Source: Planctomycetota bacterium (GTDB lineage Bacteria > Planctomycetota > B15-G4 > JADJEK01). From it: 64,000 bases of DNA. The notes beneath the pieces were generated by a model that was given only the letters and a program-made list of their open reading frames with translations, ran no database searches and was not told the origin of the DNA. Of this stretch, positions 30,570-38,951 are shown in pieces (the first letter of the stretch is position 1; each line of letters opens with the position of its first letter). The stretch covers positions 96,462 through 160,461 of the forward strand of contig JBGAIQ010000009.1 of the NCBI GenBank assembly GCA_044225365.1, in the 5' to 3' direction. Made by a program: the position numbers and the translations under genes.

Positions 30570-32906
30570 TCATTCTCTCTTCAGCGACTGCTTGGTGCGC
30601 TGATTGAGCGACCGTTGATCCTCGACCAGATTGCGAAACGTCGCAACGATCTCTTGAAAACTCTCCCACTCATCGAGGCGGGCGATCAAGGCGTCGAGCC
30701 GTTCGAGCGCCCGTTTCTCCTCCTCGAGGGCTTGCCGCAAGGCCAAGGGCCGCTGCGCAGGATCGACGGCGAGCCGTGCATCGGACAGCGCTTTCGCGGC
30801 CGCCGGCGAATGCAGCTCGGCGACGTCGATCACGCAATGGATCATCTCGAAGATGCGACCGAGGATCTCGAGTCGACCGTACGCACTCGCGGCGTTCGCT
30901 TCGACGAGCGGTCGCCACAGCTTCGGATCGAACCCGTCCAATTGGGAGCTGCCGCGCTTCTTCTCGAGCATCACCGCGATCAATCCTTCGACGCCCGAAC
31001 TCGTGTCGAGCCGATTGAAGAGGTACTCCTCGAAGATCTCCGCGAACTCTCGGCACTGCTTCAGCGACCGTGCGGTCACCTGGTTCTGGCCCACCTCGAG
31101 CGTGGCGACGTCATCGGCCGTCGCGCCGGTCACCCCTTCGGCCTGGTCGAACTCCTTCAGGATCACTTCGAGTCGCTCGATCTTCTCCTGCTGGAGAGCG
31201 CGCAAGGAGCCGACCTCCTCCTTGGTGCGAGTCTGACGCTCCGCCAGGAGTCGCTGTTTCTCGCCGGGCGCGACGATGTCGACGCGCCGCTCCTCGATCG
31301 CCGTCTCGTTGCCGCCGGTCGAGGGCTTGCCGTCCTTGCCAAGGACGATGCCGTCGAAATTGTCCTTGGCCGCGACGCGATAGACGAGCGACTCCCCCGC
31401 CGCCATCGCGCGCGGCCCGCCTTCGTGCTCGAACACCTTCTGCTTGAGGTCGAGGTGCTCGTAGACGAGGACGCGACGCGATTCGTCCGGACCCTTGCCG
31501 ATCGGGAAGTCGATCTTCAGCGGGGTCGCACCGCCAAACGGCTTCATCTCGATCGCGAGGCTCGTGAGTCCGTAATCGTCGTCGGCGGCGATCCGCAACG
31601 GAACGATGCCGTTCGGTGTCACGTCGACGTCGGCGCGGCCGGGCTCGAGGACTCGCACGGTCGGACCGCGATCCTTGACGGCGAGGACCGAGTAGGTCGG
31701 GGGTTCGAGATTCTTGAACCCGATGTCCGAGACCAGCTCGATGGAATAGGCGCACGACTGCGTGATGTCGAACGACGCTCGCAGCTTCCGCGAATTCGAA
31801 TCGGCGACGAGTAGAAGCGGCAGTGCCGCGATCCCGCTGTCGAAGACGAGGCGACCGGCGGCCACCGCATCGGCGGTCTGGACGTCGATCGTGACGTGTG
31901 TCCCGACGAGTCCTTCCACGTCGCCTCGTGGTTCGACCCGCGGTCCGAGACCGGTGTAGGCCGGGAACTGGAGCTGCGACGTGACGCTCGCGACCGCGGG
32001 CGGCGTGAAGATCTCGACTTCGACTTCGCGGCCGCCGCCATCATCGTCGCCGCCGACCGGTCGGAACGTGAAGGGCGCGCGCACCGATCGGAACCGGCCC
32101 GCCCACTCACCATTGCCCGTCGACGACAGGGCGATCTTCGAATCCCCGCTCTCGCGCGACTCGGTCCGGACCTCGACGAGCTCGGGGTTCTCGCCGTTCG
32201 CCGTCACTGCGACCGGCAGACTCGCGCCACGAGCGATGCGGACGCGAATCGGGCGCTTCTCGTTCGAGGAGTCCTTCGCGTCGTATTCCACGACGTAGTG
32301 CGTGCCGTGCTCGGGGAACTTCACCGCGAGCATCGTGCGTTGCGGCCATCGTGCGCTCCCGCCGAGTAGGCGGCGGAAGAAGACGTCGGCGAGCGACGAC
32401 TGCGTCGCCACGAACGTGATGACGCCGAGGACGAGCACGGCCGCCGCCGCGCCGAGGCGCTGCAGGTGCCGATACTCGAAGATCGTCGAAAGGGGCAGGG
32501 TGGCCCGGATCGCCGAAGTCTCGCGCCGCAAGTCGGCGACGAGCTCGGGCGACACGTTGCGCTGCGGATCGATCGCCTCGCCCTCGAGTTCGAGGACCGC
32601 GAGCAGACGGCCGTCGAACTGCGGGAAGCGCCGCTCGATCGCACACGCGACATCGCGCTCGGTCGGCCGCTTCTTCAGGGGGTAGACGATGCCGCGATAT
32701 ACCTGCACGGCGAGGCCGGCGACGACGACGAGCAGCAGCACGATGCGAACCGGCGCGGGCAGGGCGAGCGACCGATCGAGGACGTAGAGGGCGGCGAGCC
32801 CGCAGCATACGAAGGCGACGACGCGCGCGATTCCATACAGCAGCGCGAGCTTGAGCCAGCGGCCCGCGAGACGCGAGAATTCGGCGCGCAGTTCGTTCAG
32901 GTCCAT
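30570..32906 (-). CDS. 778-aa membrane protein (N-terminal TM hairpins, large ectodomain, C-terminal helical region); DUF4175-like by recollection
   Basis: Hydrophobic segments are WLKLALLYGIARVVAFVCCGLAALYVL, VRIVLLLVVVAGLAVQVY and LGAAAAVLVLGVITFVAT. A beta-rich middle and a helical C-terminus follow. The family name comes from memory of similar architectures and was not searched. Confidence 0.55.
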   Translation of the reverse strand: MDLNELRAEFSRLAGRWLKLALLYGIARVVAFVCCGLAALYVLDRSLALPAPVRIVLLLVVVAGLAVQVYRGIVYPLKKRPTERDVACAIERRFPQFDGRLLAVLELEGEAIDPQRNVSPELVADLRRETSAIRATLPLSTIFEYRHLQRLGAAAAVLVLGVITFVATQSSLADVFFRRLLGGSARWPQRTMLAVKFPEHGTHYVVEYDAKDSSNEKRPIRVRIARGASLPVAVTANGENPELVEVRTESRESGDSKIALSSTGNGEWAGRFRSVRAPFTFRPVGGDDDGGGREVEVEIFTPPAVASVTSQLQFPAYTGLGPRVEPRGDVEGLVGTHVTIDVQTADAVAAGRLVFDSGIAALPLLLVADSNSRKLRASFDITQSCAYSIELVSDIGFKNLEPPTYSVLAVKDRGPTVRVLEPGRADVDVTPNGIVPLRIAADDDYGLTSLAIEMKPFGGATPLKIDFPIGKGPDESRRVLVYEHLDLKQKVFEHEGGPRAMAAGESLVYRVAAKDNFDGIVLGKDGKPSTGGNETAIEERRVDIVAPGEKQRLLAERQTRTKEEVGSLRALQQEKIERLEVILKEFDQAEGVTGATADDVATLEVGQNQVTARSLKQCREFAEIFEEYLFNRLDTSSGVEGLIAVMLEKKRGSSQLDGFDPKLWRPLVEANAASAYGRLEILGRIFEMIHCVIDVAELHSPAAAKALSDARLAVDPAQRPLALRQALEEEKRALERLDALIARLDEWESFQEIVATFRNLVEDQRSLNQRTKQSLKRE

Positions 32907-32940
32907 CGGTTGATCGGGTCCGTCTCGTGGTCCATCGGGC

Positions 32941-34092
32941 TCAGCGCTGCAGGATCGGCAAGTACCGGTAAGGGACCTGCAGGATGATCGACGCTACGGC
33001 GGTCGAGAAGGCGTCGCCGGGACCCTCCTTGTTGCGCCAGAAACCGTCGCGCGTCTGCACGTTCAACAGGTCCGCCTTGATGCTTTTATAGTACCGACTC
33101 CACCACGGGTCGCCCGCGACAAAGAACGCCTGCACCGCGTAGTAGTGGCCGTACCAGAAGAAGAAGTGTTCGTAGCGACTCCGCATCTGGTCGTACTCGC
33201 GCTCGAGGAGATCGAGCGACTCGCGAAGGGTTTCGTTCGAGTACACGCCTGCGTTGTAGAGCGATGCGATCCCCGCCGCCGTGAGCGCGAACGAACTGCG
33301 CGTGTTGTCCTGCTTCTGATACTTGAACGAGCCGCGCTTCAAGAAGTAGTAGTCGTTCGAGTCGCCGTATCCCGCGTAGGGGTCGTCCTCCGGCTGATAG
33401 GAGTCGATGACGTACTTCACGGCGTTGTCGATCGTGGTCTTCGGGACCTTGATCCCGATGTTGCGAGCCGAGCGCAGCGCCATGATCTGGCAGACCGTGA
33501 TCGACATGTCGGACTCGATCGCGAACGGCTCGTAGCGCCACGAACCGTAGCTGTTCTGCGATTCGACGATGAGGTCGACGGCGCGCTGCAGTTTCTCGCG
33601 CAGGTCGTTGCGATGCGTCATCCCGACGACTTCGGACAGGAAGAGCGTCGCGAACGCGTGGCTGTACATGCGCGTTCCGTCGCGCGAGATGTAACCGTGC
33701 TCGTCGACCGAGGTGAGGATGAAGTCGATCGCCTTCGTCAGCGTCTCGCCGTAGCGGCCGCGACCCGGCAGATTGCCGCCCGCGAGGTACGCCATGCCCG
33801 CGAGCGCCGTCACCCCGACGTGATGGACCTTCTCGTGCTCGACCATGTAACTCTGATTCAGCTTGAAGCCGACATCCCCGGTCCACGAGCCGTCGGCGTT
33901 CTGCTGCTTCTGGAGCCAGCGCAGCGCCTTGTCGACCGCGGTCGCCACCGCGGGATCGGGATCATCGGCACCCACGTTCGAATCGTCGCTCGCAGTGACG
34001 GGGACGGGTGCGATGGGCGACACCCCGAACGACACGAGCGGCGCGAGGAGGACGAAGCCCACGCCGAGTCCGAGCGACCGAAACATTCTCAT
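32941..34092 (-). CDS. prenyltransferase/squalene-cyclase-like alpha/alpha-toroid (QW-repeat) protein, paralogue 1
   Basis: Start MRMFRSLGLGVGFVLLAPLVSFG at 34092 (or 34086). QW-type motifs are LQKQQNADGSWTGD, ESQNSYGSWRYEP and NVQTRDGFWRNK. It ends YRYLPILQR. Confidence 0.65.
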   Translation of the reverse strand: MRMFRSLGLGVGFVLLAPLVSFGVSPIAPVPVTASDDSNVGADDPDPAVATAVDKALRWLQKQQNADGSWTGDVGFKLNQSYMVEHEKVHHVGVTALAGMAYLAGGNLPGRGRYGETLTKAIDFILTSVDEHGYISRDGTRMYSHAFATLFLSEVVGMTHRNDLREKLQRAVDLIVESQNSYGSWRYEPFAIESDMSITVCQIMALRSARNIGIKVPKTTIDNAVKYVIDSYQPEDDPYAGYGDSNDYYFLKRGSFKYQKQDNTRSSFALTAAGIASLYNAGVYSNETLRESLDLLEREYDQMRSRYEHFFFWYGHYYAVQAFFVAGDPWWSRYYKSIKADLLNVQTRDGFWRNKEGPGDAFSTAVASIILQVPYRYLPILQR

Positions 34093-34145
34093 GGATTCGA
34101 TTCCTTCAAGCGTTCGCGCGGGGTCCATCGACTTTCCTTTGCCGC

Positions 34146-37100
34146 TCACTTCGAAGTCTCGTAGACGGCGAGAGCCGTTCCGGACAGGACCGCGAAGTGG
34201 CGCGGGGTTGCAACGCTCTGCACCGGCGCGCGTTCCGAGGTCAGCGGGATCTCGACCGCGGCGAACGTGCCGGCATCGGGCGCGAACGTGAATAGGTACG
34301 TGCGCCGGGGATTGCCCGACGCACGCCGGATCTCCGCGAGACCGTAGACGTCACCGGTTCGGGTGAGCGACGCGCGGAACGTCGGACTCCCGGGGGGCAG
34401 GGCCGTCATGTCGACCGTTCGTTCGATCGCTTTCTTGTCGAGGTCGATCACGACGAGGCGATCCCGCTTCGCCGCTCCCGACCCCGTGCCCGCGCCGACG
34501 AGCACGAAGCGGCGCTTGGACGTGCCGCTTCCCGTGTCGAAGGCTCGCAGGTTCTCGAGGCCCATGACACACTGTTCGACCGTTCCCGTCCGCGGCTCAA
34601 GTCGGCTGACCGAAACGATCCCGCGCGGGGATCGCGTGTAGGTCGGCGAGGTTCCCTTGGGCAACAGGAATCCGTTCGTGGTCGGAACGAGCCACTCGAA
34701 CGACATCGGGAACGGCACTTCCTTCACGTAGGCGAGCGGCCGACCGTCCTCGAGGTCGAACGACGCGAGCGACTTCGTCTCGGCGTTCTCGCGACCGAGC
34801 GTCAACACGACGCCGAACTCCTCGTAAGCGCGCGCTTCGAACCGCTTGTTCATCGCGAGGTTCGAGATCGCGAAACGCTTCACGCCCGTGAGCGCATCGA
34901 GCGACACGACCGTCGGCTGCTCGCTCGCGCCGATCGCCAGCACGGCATCGCGGACGGCTTGGATTTCGAGGCACTCGAAATCGAGCGGCGTCGACCACAG
35001 CACCATGCCGGTCGCGGTCTCGACGGCGACGATCATCGAAGCGCCTTGCGTCGGTGGCGTGAGCAGCGCGAAGATCAGGCTGCCCGCGGAATCGACCGCC
35101 CCCACCGAGGCCCCGGAACTCCCGGCGAGGCTCGTATCGAAGCGGGTGATACCGCTCTTCTTGTCGATCCCGAACAGCCGATCCCGCTGCCGAAAGACGA
35201 TGCGATCTCCGATCGAGAACGCTCGCAGCGGGTCGAGGTCCGACGCATAGGCCGGCACGCGAACGTGCCAGATCTCCGACAACGTCGCGAGGTCGATGCG
35301 ACGCAAGACGGCGTCGGGCGCTCCGAGTTGCTCCTCCTCGTACACCAGGATCGCATCCTCGGAGTCGAATTCGACGGGGACGAGCACGCTGCGCGTCACC
35401 TGGAGTTCGAGCGTCTTCGCCGCAGGATCGGGGAGTCGCTCGAGGCGCGCCCTCTCCGCGACCGCGGCCGGCTCGGCCCCGAGGGCTTCGAGATCACGGG
35501 TTGCGACGCTGCGCACGTCCGAGGCCGGCTCGACGACGCTCGCGGCCGCCGAACCCGTCGCGACGATGCGCTTCAGCATGAGGCGAGCGAGCGCGGAATC
35601 GCCAGCGAGCGCGGCGCCGCGCGCAGCGAGGAGGAGAGCGTTCTGCCGATCGCCGTCGTCGTTCGCGGAAGTGAGCAGCGGCGCGACGACGCGGAACACC
35701 TCGGAGTACTCCTTGCGTTCGAGGCGGATCATCGCGAGGTCGAGACGCGCCCGCGGCGCCGCGGCGGCGTTCGGGAATCGCATCACGATCTCGAGGAGGG
35801 CCGCCGCATTGCGCGACGCGCTCGCCGCGCTGCGGGCGTCGCTCGCGGCGGCGTCGAATTCGGCGTAGATCGATCGGCCGTACTTTGCGATGGCATCCGC
35901 GATGAGTCGCTCGGCGTGCTTGCCCGCAGTTCCACCCGGGAAAGGGGTGTCGCGATACAGATCGATGATCCGCTGCCAACTCGAAACCGCCGCCTTGGCG
36001 TCGCGGCGGCCGAGCGCATACACGGCGCGCCGATCGAGGGTGTAGAGACCCGCGGGGATCGGAGTGCCGTAGGCGTTCGCCGCGAAGGCGTACTGCGCAT
36101 TCGGACAGCGCTCGTCGATCCAGTCGAGGACCGCCGGGATCCGCGAAGGATCCGCAGCCTCGAGCGAGTGGATCAACTGTTCGCAGGCGCGGAGGAAGTC
36201 GGCGTCGTCGAGGGAATGCTCCGCCTCCGCGAATCGGTGCTGCGCGGCCACCGCTGCGAGCCCGGACTTGTCGGCGCGTTCTGCGAGTTGATGATGCGCC
36301 ACCGCGAGTCGCTCGTGTGCGCGACGAACCAGGCTCGCATCGGTCGCGGGGGACGAGATCGATGGATCGGCCAGTACGCCCTCGAACTCCGTGATCGCAC
36401 GCTCGACGTTACCGCGCAGTGCCAGCAACTCTCCGAGATCGACGTGATCGGCGAGCGTGCCCTTGCCGCTGCCGATCCGCGTCTCGACGCGCTGGATCAG
36501 GTTCTCGAGATCGTAGAACACCGTCATCTGGCTCGCGGAGACGACGATCTGGAAGTCGCGATGCACCAGGAGATTCCCGGGCAATCCCGCCGAGTCCGAG
36601 AAACCCCAGTCGAGCGTGCGATCGCGCAGATCCATTCCCGCCTTGGTCCGCTGGTACCGCAATTCGAGCAGGCCTTCGGCGAGCGGTTGGAAGAGGACAC
36701 CGTCGCCGAGGCAGCCGCGGCCCGCGTACGACCGCGCCTGGCGGAAGCGATAGGCCCCGAGGAGTCGACCGTTGCGAAGATCGTGGAAACCGATCCCGCT
36801 CGGCCCGGAGAAGATCACGGCCCCCTGATCCACACCGAGCACGGTGCAGTAGTCGAAGGGATGGTTCTTGTCCTGATTGCACTCGACCGACCAGAGGATC
36901 TTGCCCGTCGACGCCTCGTACGCGTAGGCCGAATCCGAGTCGAGCGGAGTGACGATGCAGACTCCCTCGCGCACGATGGCCGGATCGTTGATCCAGAACC
37001 GCGGCCGCTCGAAGGTGCGTCGATAGTGACGCGTCGCCTTGATGGGAATCGCTTCGTACTGCGCGAGCCAGCGAGGATTGCCGGTGAGACCGTCGAGGCA

Positions 37101-38780
37101 GCCGGAGAGCCCGAGATTCGTCGACAGGAAGATCGAGCCGTCCTTCTCCGCGACCATCTGGGTCGTGAATTCCTTGAACGGCTTGTTGAACATCGTCAGC
37201 TCCTGCTGACCGATGACGAGCGGCGTCTTCCACAGGAGCGAGCCGTCCTGCAGCGAGAGGCACATCGCGTAGACGTTGATCGCGCCCTCGAGCAGCGAAC
37301 CCGTCACGTAGATCCGATCCCCCACCGCGACGGGCGCCGAGAGGATCGAGACACGATTGATGAAATCGTGGAGCGGGCGATCATCGCGCCGCATGCGCCA
37401 CAGCAGCCTGCCGTTCTCGACGTCGACCGCGTAGAGCCCGCGCCGCGGAACGGTCTGGGTGATGCGCGTCTGATCGAACTCCACGTCCCGGCCGTGGGGC
37501 GCGGGTTCGAGGAGGGCGCCGAGAACCACGTGATCGGAGATCGTCGCGACGAGCGGCAAGGAGCGGGCCAGGGTCCCGAAATCGTTGTCCATTCCGGGCA
37601 TCGGGCTGTCCCAGAGCAGACTGTTGAAGTCGTAGAGCTGGGGCGCGACGGAGCCCGAGAGCGGCCCGATGTACTTCCACTTCGGCGTGGCCGAGTAGAA
37701 CGACCAGGCGCGGATCGAGAGACCATCGCAGAGGACGATGACATCGGAGGCGACGACCGGATGGAACGGACTCGATTCCCGGATCTCGCGAACCCGACGC
37801 CACGGATTCTCGTCACCACTGAAGGAGTCCGTCGTCCAGCGCGACGCGAACGTCAGCGCCTCGGGATCGAACTGGACGAGTCCATCGTGGGCGCCATTGC
37901 CGCCGACCACCGGCCACGCGGCGTCCCTCGGGGGCATCATCGAGCCGAACTCCGGCAGGATCCCACGGGCTTTCGCCGGCGAGCCGGAGACCGTGACGGA
38001 GGGATCGCCGAATCGCTCGATCCAGCGCGACGCCGGCGAGTCCGAACGGCCGAACGCCGCCGACGCGGCCGCGAGGAATGCATCCCCGGATGCCTTCTCC
38101 GCTGTGCTCGATACGGATTCGAATGCCAGCTTGCGGCCGTAGAAACGCTCGGATGCTTCGAAATCACCGCGCTCGAGGGCGAGGCGACCGAGACGATCGA
38201 GCGCGCGTTGCCCTTCGGGAGTGAGTTCCCAGAAGCGCACGAACTCGATCAGCTTCGAAGGATCCTGGGTCTCGGCGATCGCCCGCCAGAGCGACTCGGA
38301 TCGCAGGCGAGCGAACTCGGTGTAGGCGGCGCGACCCTCGGCCGGGAACGACGCGATGAGGTACTTTGCGTACTCCGCGGCCCCGACGTAGCGCGGCGGG
38401 TCGTTCGCCACTTGGTAGACGTGTGTCGGGTAGAGAGTGATCAACTCCTGGAGCGAGTCACACGCGACGCGGTATTCGCCGCGCCGCATCGCATCGCGCG
38501 CCGACTCGAACAGCACGCGGACCCGCGCCGTCGTCTGCACCGCGAACGTCGCGACGGCGCTGTGATCCGGGTCGTACTTGAAGTTCGGGTCCTGGATCGA
38601 CTCCCATCCGCCGAACGGCAAGAACGGTTCGTCCTGGGCCCGCAGGACCGAAGTCGTCAGGAGGCCAACGACGACCGCGGCCACCGCCGCGCCGGAGGCA
38701 GTGGAGATGCGAGCGGCCGGAACGGCGGCCGTTGCTCGCGGCGCGCCCTCGTCCGTGCGGTGTTTCGAAGCGAGCTTCAC
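34146..38780 (-). CDS. 1544-aa secreted TPR + PQQ-like beta-propeller repeat protein
   Basis: GTG start at 38780. The N-terminus has a hydrophobic segment AAVAAVVVGLLTTSVLRAQ. Propeller-type repeats include GRLLWRMRR, DGSLLWKTPL, GKILWSVE and GMVLWSTPL. TPR-like helical blocks sit between them. Confidence 0.65.
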   Translation of the reverse strand: MKLASKHRTDEGAPRATAAVPAARISTASGAAVAAVVVGLLTTSVLRAQDEPFLPFGGWESIQDPNFKYDPDHSAVATFAVQTTARVRVLFESARDAMRRGEYRVACDSLQELITLYPTHVYQVANDPPRYVGAAEYAKYLIASFPAEGRAAYTEFARLRSESLWRAIAETQDPSKLIEFVRFWELTPEGQRALDRLGRLALERGDFEASERFYGRKLAFESVSSTAEKASGDAFLAAASAAFGRSDSPASRWIERFGDPSVTVSGSPAKARGILPEFGSMMPPRDAAWPVVGGNGAHDGLVQFDPEALTFASRWTTDSFSGDENPWRRVREIRESSPFHPVVASDVIVLCDGLSIRAWSFYSATPKWKYIGPLSGSVAPQLYDFNSLLWDSPMPGMDNDFGTLARSLPLVATISDHVVLGALLEPAPHGRDVEFDQTRITQTVPRRGLYAVDVENGRLLWRMRRDDRPLHDFINRVSILSAPVAVGDRIYVTGSLLEGAINVYAMCLSLQDGSLLWKTPLVIGQQELTMFNKPFKEFTTQMVAEKDGSIFLSTNLGLSGCLDGLTGNPRWLAQYEAIPIKATRHYRRTFERPRFWINDPAIVREGVCIVTPLDSDSAYAYEASTGKILWSVECNQDKNHPFDYCTVLGVDQGAVIFSGPSGIGFHDLRNGRLLGAYRFRQARSYAGRGCLGDGVLFQPLAEGLLELRYQRTKAGMDLRDRTLDWGFSDSAGLPGNLLVHRDFQIVVSASQMTVFYDLENLIQRVETRIGSGKGTLADHVDLGELLALRGNVERAITEFEGVLADPSISSPATDASLVRRAHERLAVAHHQLAERADKSGLAAVAAQHRFAEAEHSLDDADFLRACEQLIHSLEAADPSRIPAVLDWIDERCPNAQYAFAANAYGTPIPAGLYTLDRRAVYALGRRDAKAAVSSWQRIIDLYRDTPFPGGTAGKHAERLIADAIAKYGRSIYAEFDAAASDARSAASASRNAAALLEIVMRFPNAAAAPRARLDLAMIRLERKEYSEVFRVVAPLLTSANDDGDRQNALLLAARGAALAGDSALARLMLKRIVATGSAAASVVEPASDVRSVATRDLEALGAEPAAVAERARLERLPDPAAKTLELQVTRSVLVPVEFDSEDAILVYEEEQLGAPDAVLRRIDLATLSEIWHVRVPAYASDLDPLRAFSIGDRIVFRQRDRLFGIDKKSGITRFDTSLAGSSGASVGAVDSAGSLIFALLTPPTQGASMIVAVETATGMVLWSTPLDFECLEIQAVRDAVLAIGASEQPTVVSLDALTGVKRFAISNLAMNKRFEARAYEEFGVVLTLGRENAETKSLASFDLEDGRPLAYVKEVPFPMSFEWLVPTTNGFLLPKGTSPTYTRSPRGIVSVSRLEPRTGTVEQCVMGLENLRAFDTGSGTSKRRFVLVGAGTGSGAAKRDRLVVIDLDKKAIERTVDMTALPPGSPTFRASLTRTGDVYGLAEIRRASGNPRRTYLFTFAPDAGTFAAVEIPLTSERAPVQSVATPRHFAVLSGTALAVYETSK

Positions 38781-38951
38781 GTCGATTACCCCGCTAACGC
38801 GGAGACGATCGGGCGCAGCCTCCCCTCGGAACCGGCAAGGTTGCGAGGCGTCGCGGCAATCGTCTCCGTAAGTCCAATCAATGTATCGTCTTCTTTGCCC
38901 GGATGATCCAGTGTTCGGAGTTCGTGAGCGGCCGGGTCCGAGTCGTCGCCG

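Noticed and set aside
34959-38906. 1315-aa plus-strand ORF (similar cases at 3014-4630, 28000-29277, 28590-30185, 41036-43054, 52432-54921 and 24602-25867)
   Set aside because: All are antisense shadows of better-supported minus-strand genes. They have an Arg/Gly/Glu bias and no signal peptides or motifs.
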